Shown: positions 1 to 8,726 of the stretch, one piece after another | Numbering within the stretch: position 1 is the first letter of the stretch | Layout of the letters: every line of letters starts with the position of its first letter | From: Methanomicrobiales archaeon | GTDB lineage: Archaea > Halobacteriota > Methanomicrobia > Methanomicrobiales > JACTUA01 | Length of the DNA stretch: 38,772 nucleotides | Reading direction: 5' to 3' | Assembly: GCA_034679905.1 (NCBI GenBank) | Contig: JAXDAH010000030.1 | Coordinates: 1-38,772, forward strand | The notes under the pieces: generated by a model | Told to the model about the DNA's origin: nothing | Databases searched by the model: none | The model's input: the letters and a program-made list of their open reading frames with translations, nothing else | Made by a program: the position numbers and the translations under genes

Positions 1-178
1 ACTCCTCAGCCCGCTGCATCGGAGTGAGCGATAGATCCGCCGGCGCGGGCGTGGCGCTCCCACCCCGGTCCGGGCTCGATGCCGTCCTCGACGTGGGCGG
101 CGCGCTCGGCTCAGCGGTAGCCGTTGCTGACCGGAACTCGCGGTCCTTCTCAGGTTCGTCTCTGGGCATGATGGTCAT
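1..178 (-). CDS. Partial hypothetical protein (N-terminus; runs off left edge)
   Basis: Hand translation gives an open frame M(TI)MPRDEPEKDREFRSATATAEPSAPP...LTPMQRAEE to the window edge. AGGAG lies just upstream; in-frame ATG at 178 or 169. No family recognised. Confidence 0.4.
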   Translation of the reverse strand, partial: MTIMPRDEPEKDREFRSATATAEPSAPPTSRTASSPDRGGSATPAPADLSLTPMQRAEE

Positions 179-181
179 CTC

Positions 182-307
182 CTAGGGCGACGGTGCGATC
201 CCCGATCCTTCCTGATCGCAGGCTCTCGCATCGGCCGTCTGGTTCGCAGGGGTGGCTTGTGGCCGGTCATCCGCCCCGATGGGCGCCGTATCCGTTCCAT
301 CGTGCAT
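182..307 (-). CDS. Possible 41-aa small protein
   Basis: MHDGTDTAPIG...IAPSP* preceded by GAGGAGG; its stop abuts the RBS of the next ORF. A similarly sized ORF in another frame also exists, so the frame is uncertain. Confidence 0.3.
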   Translation of the reverse strand: MHDGTDTAPIGADDRPQATPANQTADARACDQEGSGIAPSP

Positions 308-1055
308 TGCTACCGTCCTCCTCTAACCTTCTATAGGAATCCTGGTGCCGGGAGATACTGAGCAGGAGCATGGTATCGGGATCAAGGCGGGGGGAATGCT
401 GATCCTCACACCACGCGCCATCTTCAGGTATCTCTCAGGTCTCGCACCCCCATACTTATTGAGATATATAATGCCGACGGATCCCACTCCAAGCCTGTGC
501 ATACGATACATTACCGGTTATTTGCAGAGGTGCCAATGCGCTCAGTTTCCATTGGGGGTATATCAGCTCGATATCTTTCATGAATTCCTAACAACACCCT
601 GCATACCCAGATCAGCCGTTACATTCCAGCATTGAGATCGGGTCGCGGGTCGGGTGATACGCCAGCTACACCGACGACACCGACGGCGGGTGGATGGGAC
701 GGCAAACGGAGTATGCCTGGCGCCTTATGGGGCGACACGGCTTACCCGTTTGACAGAAAATCCGCCTGTGCAGGAGTGGGGTTCAGCAGGCGCACAGCGG
801 AGCAAAGCGGAGTCGTGCGCCCATTGGACGGCGGGAAAAAGACGATCGAGGGACTGGGTGGCGGAATGACCGTAATCTTCGGAATTTATTGTTTGGATAG
901 TGCTATTGTAAAAGATGATTGAATTACTCCAATAGGGGGAGGGGACCAAGGTGTAAGATAATGAAAACACCTACGCAGCATATCGAAGAAGTTTCGGAAC
1001 AAAACAAAATTTAGGATGAAAAGGTTTTCGCGCCGATATTCAATTATCAAGACAT

Positions 1056-1415
1056 ATGAATAGACAAGAACATGTTGGAATAGGTATTTTTGCATTTATC
1101 GTCTATAGCATCCCTATTTGGCTACTAAACAATACAATACCAGAAGGTTTTATCTTTGGATTATTGGCAGTTATTGTTGGATCTATAATCCCCGATATCT
1201 TGGAACCCGCTACAACGTGGAAGCACCGAGCCCGATGGCATAGTAAACGTACCTTACAATTATTTTTTAAAATAAGTGCGGTTACCGCGGTTCTTGGTTT
1301 TCTTTCTGCTTTCATACAACCATTTTACATATTTTACATCCTTGCAGGTTTTCCCATGGGATATTGGCTTCACCTTCGTGCGGATTCAACAACAAAGGTA
1401 GGTCTTCCGGATTAG
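1056..1415 (+). CDS. Membrane-bound metal-dependent hydrolase (YdjM/DUF457-like)
   Basis: N-terminal His, GSIIPD, HRxxxHS and HLxxD motifs between hydrophobic helices. Visibly more AT-rich than the core genes. Confidence 0.8.
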   Translation: MNRQEHVGIGIFAFIVYSIPIWLLNNTIPEGFIFGLLAVIVGSIIPDILEPATTWKHRARWHSKRTLQLFFKISAVTAVLGFLSAFIQPFYIFYILAGFPMGYWLHLRADSTTKVGLPD

Positions 1416-1704
1416 TGAACCAATCCTGAATTGCGGATCTCCAATGGTCCAAACTTATATCCGGCCGGTCACGGAAGGCGACAAACGAAGATTAGCTCCG
1501 GTCGGGTGGTAATGTCCAGGGTGTTGCAGCTTCAGGAATGGCTAATTACTTTTGTAAGATGAGGATGCAACCTTTAGAATTTATTTTTTTGAATTGCTTC
1601 CGAGGGAAGCCCCCAATTCGCTTATTCCTGGAATTCCAATTTTTCCATGAGCGGACTTGAAAAATCCTTTATTTTGGGCTTCTGTATATTACCCAAGCAG
1701 GAAA

Positions 1705-1788
1705 TGCGAGGGATGGGATTCGAACCCATGAAGGTCTACCCACGGCATCTTAAGTGCCGCTCTTTTGGCCTGGCTTAGATACCCTCGC
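1705..1788 (-). tRNA. tRNA-Leu (anticodon UAA), no intron, CCA not encoded
   Basis: Minus strand: acceptor GCGAGGG/CCCTCGC plus discriminator A; anticodon arm CGGCA-CTTAAGA-TGCCG; long variable arm; T arm ATGGG-TTCGAAT-CCCAT. Confidence 0.97.
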
Positions 1789-1985
1789 TCCAGAAAATTG
1801 TGCCTTAAATGTTTTGTTTTGAGAAGTAATAAGCCCAGCGACTGTTGAGGCTTGCACTCCAGGGAACGTCGAGACGGTCCCAGACCAACAACCTTAAAAG
1901 GATGCGAATCATCCCGGCAGCATCTCTGCACCTCTATCATTTCGCCGTCCCTGCTAGGGCAACGGTTCCGATATGGGACCGTAGC

Positions 1986-3215
1986 TCATTTCAGGGCGTC
2001 TTCCCGGGATATGTCCGCCAGGGGAGATACGCACTCCTCCGGACTTCTCCCCCTGTAGAACCAGTTGCGGTAGACGATCGGGGTGATGATGGTGGTTAGC
2101 AGGCTCATCATCACGATGGAGGTGAAGATGTCCTGCCCGATCAGGCCCATATTCAGGCCCAGGAGGGCGACTATCATCGCCACTTCCCCCCGCGGTGCCA
2201 TCCCGAAGCCGAGAATCGCGGAGTCCCTCCAGCTCATCCCCAGGATCTTTGCGGGGGCTCCGCATCCAATGACCTTCGTGATGACGGCGACGATGGTCAG
2301 GACCAGGAGGAAGAGGAGCGTCTGCTCCGTGACGGCATGGACATCGACGAGGATCCCGAGCGAGATGAAGAATATGGATGCAAAGATGATGTAGAGGGAC
2401 TCCGCGCTCTCGTGGATGCTCCTGCTGTGCGTGAGACGGACGCTCCCCATGGAGACACCGGCAATGAAAGCCCCGATGATGCCGGAGATGCCCAGGTACT
2501 CTGCCACCACTGCATAGAAGAAAGCGATCATCATCGCGAAGATGAACACAAACTCCGGGTACTGCTTGCAGATGGGCCTCTTGTCCAGTTTGATGATGAA
2601 TGGCGCAAGGGCGTAAATCCCTATGGCGCCTGCGATGATGAGGAACCCGAGCTCCTTCAGGAGGACCAGCTCGATATCGAAGACGGTCAGCGTGCCGGTG
2701 ACAGTGGCGGAGGTGAGGGCAAGGGCGATCAGGCTGAGGACGTCGTCGATCACGGCGGTGGCGATGATCGCCTTCGAGACGTCCGTGTGGAGCACTCCGA
2801 TCTCCCGAAGGACATTTGCCGTGATCGCGATGCTCGTTGCGGTGAGGGCTGTCCCCACGAAGATGGAGCTCCCCGCATCGTATCCAAAAAGGAGGGCGGT
2901 CCCGTAGCCCCCTATCCAGGGGATGATGATGCCGATGAGGCCGATGAGCACATATTTGGGGTTGATAAGATCTGCGATTTTGAACTCGAAACCGATGACG
3001 AAGAGGAGGATGATGGCCCCGATACCTGCCAGCGTCTGGACAAAGTCCGTATAGGTGATCCAGCCGAGCACACTGGGACCGATGATGAGCCCGACCAGGA
3101 TCTCCCCGACGACCGCCGACTGGTTGATGCGGGTGGCTAGGATGTATCCGGCGAGGGCGATGAAGAGGAGGAGCGCCATCTGGAACTCGATGGAGGACAC
3201 AATCTCCGCATTCAT
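1986..3215 (-). CDS. Cation:proton antiporter (CPA2, Kef/NapA-like; no RCK domain)
   Basis: Polytopic membrane protein with GEILVGLIIGP, TATSIAIT, AVIDDV and PRGEVA motifs. Confidence 0.93.
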   Translation of the reverse strand: MNAEIVSSIEFQMALLLFIALAGYILATRINQSAVVGEILVGLIIGPSVLGWITYTDFVQTLAGIGAIILLFVIGFEFKIADLINPKYVLIGLIGIIIPWIGGYGTALLFGYDAGSSIFVGTALTATSIAITANVLREIGVLHTDVSKAIIATAVIDDVLSLIALALTSATVTGTLTVFDIELVLLKELGFLIIAGAIGIYALAPFIIKLDKRPICKQYPEFVFIFAMMIAFFYAVVAEYLGISGIIGAFIAGVSMGSVRLTHSRSIHESAESLYIIFASIFFISLGILVDVHAVTEQTLLFLLVLTIVAVITKVIGCGAPAKILGMSWRDSAILGFGMAPRGEVAMIVALLGLNMGLIGQDIFTSIVMMSLLTTIITPIVYRNWFYRGRSPEECVSPLADISREDALK

Positions 3216-3404
3216 GATATTATTGGTTGTATCTATCGTTTAAAAAGTCAGGGCTGCGGGGGATCGACGGAAAGGTCCGGCCGTATGCGTCGATGGAAAT
3301 AAAGGATGCTGATTACGCGGGTACAATGGCCCCAGAAACAGGACCGGTTGGAGTTAGTTGTGAACGGGGGGATGGAGGGAAGCGCGGCAACCACTCCCGC
3401 AGGA

Positions 3405-4109
3405 CTATCGTAACCCGTCCCGGCCACTTGACGGCTCTCGGCCCACCTCGTAGCGCAGCCAGACGATGCCGCCCTCGAACTGCTCCAGGTGCTTCAGGCG
3501 GAGCGGGATCGCACCCTCGGGCGACGCCAGATCCGGCACCCGGAAGATGGAGGCGGGCGACGTACCGCCCACGAGCGCCGGGTGAACGAGCACGCTCGCC
3601 TCGTCGACCAGCCCCTCGCGGAGGAGGACGCCGTTCAGGGTTCCGCCGCTGTCCAGGCGGATCCTCTGCACGCCGTATCGGGCGTTGAGCTCCTCGAGGG
3701 CAGCCCGCATGTCGACGCGATCCTCACCGGCGACGATGGTCTCGATTCCCCGCTGCCGGAGATACTCCAGGTACGCCTCCGGGGTCGAGCGGGAGCAGAG
3801 GACGACGATGTCCCGCCAATAGGGGGCCCGCTGCCAGAGGTGCCAGTTCTGGATCCGTCCCCGGCTGTCGGGAACGGCGAGCAGGGGGCGGGGATCGCCG
3901 GAGATCTTCTCCGGGAGCGGGGCATCCTCCAGCGCCGCCGTCTCCTGGGGGAACATGGCAGCCGCCGCAAGAGCGGTGTTGCTCCCCGCGAGCACGCAGT
4001 CGGCCTCGAAACGGGCGGCGAGGTCGTAGTAGAGGGCGATATCCGCCGCAAACCCGAGGATCCGTCCATCGACGCTCACGGCATTGTGCAGAATCACATA
4101 GGGCAGCAT
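3405..4109 (-). CDS. RibD C-terminal domain reductase (probable 2,5-diamino-6-ribosylamino-pyrimidinone 5'-phosphate reductase-like)
   Basis: PYVILHNAVSVDGRI, DSRGR, DSGGTLN, GLVDE and WLRY motifs. Confidence 0.85.
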   Translation of the reverse strand: MLPYVILHNAVSVDGRILGFAADIALYYDLAARFEADCVLAGSNTALAAAAMFPQETAALEDAPLPEKISGDPRPLLAVPDSRGRIQNWHLWQRAPYWRDIVVLCSRSTPEAYLEYLRQRGIETIVAGEDRVDMRAALEELNARYGVQRIRLDSGGTLNGVLLREGLVDEASVLVHPALVGGTSPASIFRVPDLASPEGAIPLRLKHLEQFEGGIVWLRYEVGREPSSGRDGLR

Positions 4110-4288
4110 CGCTGATCACCTGTGCATCTCGCCCCTGCAGATGCTGCCTGCAGAAGGGCGAGAGCCATCCCCGGGATATGTGCTCTCTGCTGGCTTCAAA
4201 CGCTCGATATCGCTCCGCCTGAAGGTGCGGTCCGAGGGTTCTCCGCGGATTCCCGAACCGCACGGCATGGGTTGCGGCGGGCGCCGCT

Positions 4289-6028
4289 CTACCCGAGCGC
4301 CACGAAGACCAGGATCGAGAGGAGGAACGCCAGGAGCAGGATGGCGAGACTCAAGGGGGCGATGAAGACCAGGATGGTGTTCACCGTGGTCGCCAGCTGG
4401 GTGACCCTCTGCGAGCCGAAGATGACCACCCGCTCGCAGAAAGCCGTGGATGCCGCCGCCTCGGCGTCCCCGAGATCGGACAGGGCATCCCGCACGGCCT
4501 GCTCCGCCAGCGGGAGGATCTCCTCTGCCGGCACCGCAAGCCCGATCGGGTTCCTGCCGCTGATGGTGTTCACCACGTGGGAGTCCGTGGTCATCACCTC
4601 GGAGGCATCCACGAGAGGGGCTATCCGCTCCTGGATCGCCTCCCGCAGTCCGGGGACCATGTTGTTGCCGTCCATCAGCAGGTACGCGGTCCGCTGACCG
4701 TCGGCCTCTACCGCGAGTGCCTGGATACCGAGATCGCCGAACCCCTGATCGCGGGTAAATGGCAGAGAGATATGGGAGTAGCCGATGCGGAAGGGGTGCA
4801 GCGGCAGGTCCGCGGACTCGTCGATTGCGCGGTAGGCGGCCCCCACGTACTCCGTCGCCGTGAAGGTGGCCGGGTGCACCGGCGTGCTCACCTCCGACAT
4901 CGCATTGTGGGCGTCCACGAAGGCGACGTTCCTGTAGCGGCGGTGCCCCTCCGCCATGATGGTGCTCCCCAGGCAGAAGTCCAGATCCTCGGTCTTCTCC
5001 GGTGCCCGCGTGCTGACGAGCAGCAGGGAGTCGCCGAACCGCTGGCAGAGGATCTGCACGGAGCCGTGGACGAGCCGCCACGATCGGCTTGCCCGCGCGG
5101 AGTAGCGGAGGTCCTCCATGGATCGCCGCAGAGCCTCCACGATCTTTGCAATCTCGCTCTCGGAGACCAGGTTGAAGTCGTGCGTGGCGCAGCCATGGGT
5201 CACCATCACGTCCGCATCGAAGGACTCGTAGAGGATCCGCGGCAGGTTGCCGCCCCCCACGTCCCCCATCGGCCCCGGGTGGACGTTCGGGACCGTGAAG
5301 ATGACATCCCTCTTTCCCGCCCTCCGTAAGAAGAAGCTCGCCTGCGGGACGTAGACCTCCTCCCCGATGTCGCGGAAGAAGTCCTCCATCCTCTTGTCGC
5401 CATCGGTGAGGTGCGCGATGAAGGTGTTCAGGAAATCCAGACCGTGGATCTGGAACGCCCTGTAAAGCGGGCGCTCGATGAGCCAGATCAAGAGAATGCA
5501 GCCGAGCCCGAAGACCAGGTGGGAGACGATGGCGCCGCCCAGGATAGGCGGCTCGAAGAGGAATGCTCCCACGATGAAACCCGCGGCGCTCTGGGTGAGT
5601 GCCGGCACCACCATCCGCAGGGAGCGGTAGTCCGCGACCGCCACCAGCACCAGGAGCCGCACCCCGAAGACCAGGCCGAGCGAGAAGGCATAGAAGAGCG
5701 GGAGGAAGACCCGCATCGGGGATACCACGGATAGGAAGCTTGCGATCACCGCAAAGACCATGCACGCCAGCGCCAGGAGTGCCGAGCGGTTCCAGGTCGT
5801 CGAGCCGCCGAAGAGGGAGACGAGCGGCTTGGTGAGGATGAAGGCCGAAATCGCCGGGACGGCGAAGGCAAGCGTTCCGAAGAAGGGGAGCTCCTCGCCC
5901 AGGCGGGCGGTCGCGGCATCCACCACGATGCCCAGGAACAGGATGATGACGACGGAGCGGGGCCAGGAGGGAGCAGTGAAGAGAAACCGCGTCAGCCGTT
6001 CCATCTTCACGTCCGGCGCCATCACCAT
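4289..6028 (-). CDS. DUF2070 family membrane protein (ceramidase-like predicted lipid hydrolase)
   Basis: N-terminal TM helices, then a soluble domain with HPGP, HGCATHD, DAHN, DGNN and TTDSH, and a C-terminal TM helix. Confidence 0.85.
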   Translation of the reverse strand: MVMAPDVKMERLTRFLFTAPSWPRSVVIILFLGIVVDAATARLGEELPFFGTLAFAVPAISAFILTKPLVSLFGGSTTWNRSALLALACMVFAVIASFLSVVSPMRVFLPLFYAFSLGLVFGVRLLVLVAVADYRSLRMVVPALTQSAAGFIVGAFLFEPPILGGAIVSHLVFGLGCILLIWLIERPLYRAFQIHGLDFLNTFIAHLTDGDKRMEDFFRDIGEEVYVPQASFFLRRAGKRDVIFTVPNVHPGPMGDVGGGNLPRILYESFDADVMVTHGCATHDFNLVSESEIAKIVEALRRSMEDLRYSARASRSWRLVHGSVQILCQRFGDSLLLVSTRAPEKTEDLDFCLGSTIMAEGHRRYRNVAFVDAHNAMSEVSTPVHPATFTATEYVGAAYRAIDESADLPLHPFRIGYSHISLPFTRDQGFGDLGIQALAVEADGQRTAYLLMDGNNMVPGLREAIQERIAPLVDASEVMTTDSHVVNTISGRNPIGLAVPAEEILPLAEQAVRDALSDLGDAEAAASTAFCERVVIFGSQRVTQLATTVNTILVFIAPLSLAILLLAFLLSILVFVALG

Positions 6029-6155
6029 AGCGGAGACCTCCAGAGTTCAGTATCGATACGGGTTCCCTGGCACGAACACGGCACCGGGAGACGGCTATCC
6101 GTATGCCGCGGAAAAAGAACAGGATCCGTCCGCCGGACGGATGTTTGCGCCCTCC

Positions 6156-7055
6156 TCATGGATCTGCAGAGAGCTTATCCTCAAGATCGCCAAAAAACTG
6201 CCGATATCGTCCGGCCATTCTCTGCCAGTCGGGCAGGTTGGTCTGGCACCCGACCTTCTCCACCACGAACGAGGCCGTCACGGTCCCGATGCGGGCGCAC
6301 TCGAGCGGCTCGCACCCCCGCCGGTACGCCGTGAGGAATCCCGCACGGTAAGCGTCCCCGGCTCCCGTCGGATCCTCCATATGCACCGGGATCACCGGAA
6401 TGAAGTGCCGCTCCCCGTCCACGTAGAGCATGCTCCCCTCTACATCCCTCGTGATCACGGCGATCGGAATGGGGGCGAGGAGATCCCCGGGCTCCAGGGA
6501 GAGCCCCTGGCACATGCTCGCCAGCTCATGGCGGTTGGCGAAGAGGAGGGAGGTGTTGGCGAGGATGGTGCGGAGCTGCTCGTGGGAGTAGGTGAGGAGA
6601 TCCTGCCCGGGGTCGAAGGAGACAAAGTCGCTCTTCTCCGCCACCCGCATGTTGAAGTCCGGGTCGGCCGTCGCCAGGTGCACGAAGGAGAGCTCCTCCG
6701 CCTCCTGCGAGGCGAAGGTCTCGGACGCGCCCCAGTCGAAGAAGGTCATCTGGGCCCCGGACTCCTCCGTGTACATGTAGGCGGTCGGGGTGCTAGCCCC
6801 CTCCACTACGAAGAAACGGGTGCGGATCCCGAGCTCCTGCATCCAGCGGTCATAATCGCTGCCCGGAAAGTCCCCGCCGACCGCGCTGATGAGGGTCGCG
6901 CTCCCGCCCAGCCGGGCAATGCCAGCGGCGATGTTCGCCGCCCCGCCACCGTAGTAAACCTGGTGGTCCAGGATGTAGGTGGACCCGTGTTTCTCCGGGA
7001 GCATCGGTATGCGAAATAGGTGGTCGACCGCCGTATGCCCGACGACGTGGATCAT
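6156..7055 (-). CDS. PfkB/ribokinase-family kinase, probable nucleoside kinase
   Basis: [16 protein letters not shown] and [13 protein letters not shown] motifs. Start moved to MIHVVGH, which has an ATGA overlap with the upstream gene. Confidence 0.9.
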   Translation of the reverse strand: MIHVVGHTAVDHLFRIPMLPEKHGSTYILDHQVYYGGGAANIAAGIARLGGSATLISAVGGDFPGSDYDRWMQELGIRTRFFVVEGASTPTAYMYTEESGAQMTFFDWGASETFASQEAEELSFVHLATADPDFNMRVAEKSDFVSFDPGQDLLTYSHEQLRTILANTSLLFANRHELASMCQGLSLEPGDLLAPIPIAVITRDVEGSMLYVDGERHFIPVIPVHMEDPTGAGDAYRAGFLTAYRRGCEPLECARIGTVTASFVVEKVGCQTNLPDWQRMAGRYRQFFGDLEDKLSADP

Positions 7056-7390
7056 GCTTCCTGCACATCCTGCACTTTGAGGGGAACATCCCGCACTGCC
7101 TTGCCCACGACCGATTTGGCGATCCGCACGGCATGCTCCTTCGATTCTGCACGGAACACACGGATCTGGAGGAGCAGCCCCACGAGCGCGGTATCCGCCA
7201 CGACGAGAGCGCAGCCCAGCTCCGTCTCGCACGAGGGGCAGGAGAGCATGCCCATCTCGATCTCGACGAATTTCGTCGCCGGATTCAGGCGCTTCCCCGC
7301 CTCGGCAATCGCGACGCTGATCGCATCGTCGAGCGATTTGACGTCTTTCACTAACCAGGCGGACTCCAGGGTCACCACATAGTCCGGCAT
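7052..7390 (-). CDS. DUF555 (UPF0212) family protein
   Basis: [12 protein letters not shown]..., [16 protein letters not shown], CxxC and [11 protein letters not shown]. Start moved to the ATG at 7390. Confidence 0.85.
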   Translation of the reverse strand: MPDYVVTLESAWLVKDVKSLDDAISVAIAEAGKRLNPATKFVEIEMGMLSCPSCETELGCALVVADTALVGLLLQIRVFRAESKEHAVRIAKSVVGKAVRDVPLKVQDVQEA

Positions 7391-7391
7391 C

Positions 7392-7925
7392 TCACCAGGC
7401 CTCCCGGTGCACGTGCTCCGCCAGCGGCATCCGTGGCGTGCTCGCCGGAGGCGCACGCGGTCTCCCCACGGCGAGCAGGGCGATCGGGCGGATGTGACGT
7501 GGCAGCTGCAGGATGTCCCGCACCTCCTCCTCGTCGAACGCCCCGGTCCAGCAGGCCCCCAGGCTCTCCGCGTGGGCGGCGAGCATCATGAACGTGCAGG
7601 CGATGGTGGCGTCCTGAACCGCGTAGAGGATCCCCCGCTCGCCATAACGGGACATCGAGCGGACGTAGTTGGCGCAGACCACAAAGACGGCCGGCGCCTC
7701 GGCAATGTGGGGCTGGTTCAGCGCCGCCGCCGACAGCTCCTCGCGGACCTCCGCATCCGTGATCACCACCACGTCCCAGCCCTCCAGGTTCCCCGCGCTC
7801 GGGGCGCGGCTTGCCGCCGCCAGGATGCTATCGACCTGGGCGGGGGCGAGGGACGCCGGGTGGAACTCCCGCACCGACGAGCGGGACTGCAGGAAGGCGA
7901 GAAACTCAGAGGAGTCCACGCTCAT
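7392..7925 (-). CDS. Nitroreductase family flavoprotein
   Basis: RSSVREF, APSAGN and [12 protein letters not shown] motifs. Confidence 0.9.
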   Translation of the reverse strand: MSVDSSEFLAFLQSRSSVREFHPASLAPAQVDSILAAASRAPSAGNLEGWDVVVITDAEVREELSAAALNQPHIAEAPAVFVVCANYVRSMSRYGERGILYAVQDATIACTFMMLAAHAESLGACWTGAFDEEEVRDILQLPRHIRPIALLAVGRPRAPPASTPRMPLAEHVHREAW

Positions 7926-8268
7926 CCAGCACCTGCCATGCCGTCTGGGCGACCGTGGTCACTGCGGAGATGGACGGCGCCACCTTCTCGGCTGCCAGCC
8001 CGAACTGCCCGGACTCTGTGAGGCTGATCGCCTCGCTCAAGTGGTTGATCGCCTTCTGGAACTCGGCATTGCCGGTGCTGTTGTAGGCAAAATCGATCTC
8101 CGTGCGGATGGCGTCCATCAGGGAGATGAGCATCCGCCTCCCTCCTTCTTTCTCTTTAGTAGAGTAGGAGACGAGTGCGAGGAGCAGTTTGGATACAATC
8201 AACAGTTCGGACTTTGATCGCTCTGCAAAAGAGTAACTCCTGACCGCTTGCTCTGGATCCATACTCAT
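7906..8268 (-). CDS. Hypothetical protein (predicted helical)
   Basis: Protein-like composition; overlaps the nitroreductase start; TATA-like TTTATA at 8283-8288. Start is the ATG at 8268 or 8262. Confidence 0.7.
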   Translation of the reverse strand: MSMDPEQAVRSYSFAERSKSELLIVSKLLLALVSYSTKEKEGGRRMLISLMDAIRTEIDFAYNSTGNAEFQKAINHLSEAISLTESGQFGLAAEKVAPSISAVTTVAQTAWQVLDERGLL

Positions 8269-8318
8269 ACTTCCCGAGGCGGTATAAAAAATTGATCTGT
8301 GGCGTTCCGCCACCCGAT

Positions 8319-8651
8319 TTATTTCCGTGCCTTCGTCTTGGCGCCGAGAACAGAGGACTTCGCCCGTACGATGTGCCGCCGCACCATCCGGCTGAGGCCG
8401 TCGGCTTCCTGGCCCCGTCCGCCTCTGCGGCCCCGGCCGCCTCGACCCCGCCGCGCTGGAGCCCGTCCGCCCCGTCCGCCTCTTCGCTCGTCCGCCTCGC
8501 TGGAGCGGGTCAGCTTCTTGAGGGCCGCACTCGACTTATAGCGCTGGTTCGGCCCGGGTTTCTTCGCTTCCGCCTCTTTCTGGCGCACGAGCCGGATCTG
8601 CCCGTGCACGCCCTTCACCTGGCACCAGTTGACTGATCCTGTCTTTCCCAT
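8319..8651 (-). CDS. Small basic protein, DUF5350-like, with RG/RGG-rich segment
   Basis: MGKTGSVNWxxVKG N-terminus, KKPGPNQRYKS and a central RRGGRGGRAPARRGRGGRGRRGGRG. Confidence 0.75.
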   Translation of the reverse strand: MGKTGSVNWCQVKGVHGQIRLVRQKEAEAKKPGPNQRYKSSAALKKLTRSSEADERRGGRGGRAPARRGRGGRGRRGGRGQEADGLSRMVRRHIVRAKSSVLGAKTKARK

Positions 8652-8726
8652 AGCTAGAACTCTCTATATCATTGGATTCGGGCATAAATATACCTGTCGG
8701 GGAACCGGGGCACACCCGCCCTGCCG

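Noticed and set aside
323-635. ORFs 323-511 (-) and 345-635 (+)
   Set aside because: Non-ATG starts, no clear RBS and no motifs; more likely a promoter region for the small minus-strand ORFs.
934-947. GGGGGAGGGGAC, resembling the repeat core
   Set aside because: Too short and low-complexity, with no partner arm or TATCGC end.
1986-3215. Antiporter as the c-di-AMP target of the DAC in this window
   Set aside because: It has no RCK or CBS domain and lies over 21 kb away; nothing in the sequence links them.
4116-5765. 549-aa Arg/Gly/Pro-rich ORF overlapping DUF2070 on the same strand (likewise 10538-11833 and 15188-16402)
   Set aside because: Alternative frames of GC-rich genes whose real frames are intact, so no frameshift or overprinting is needed.
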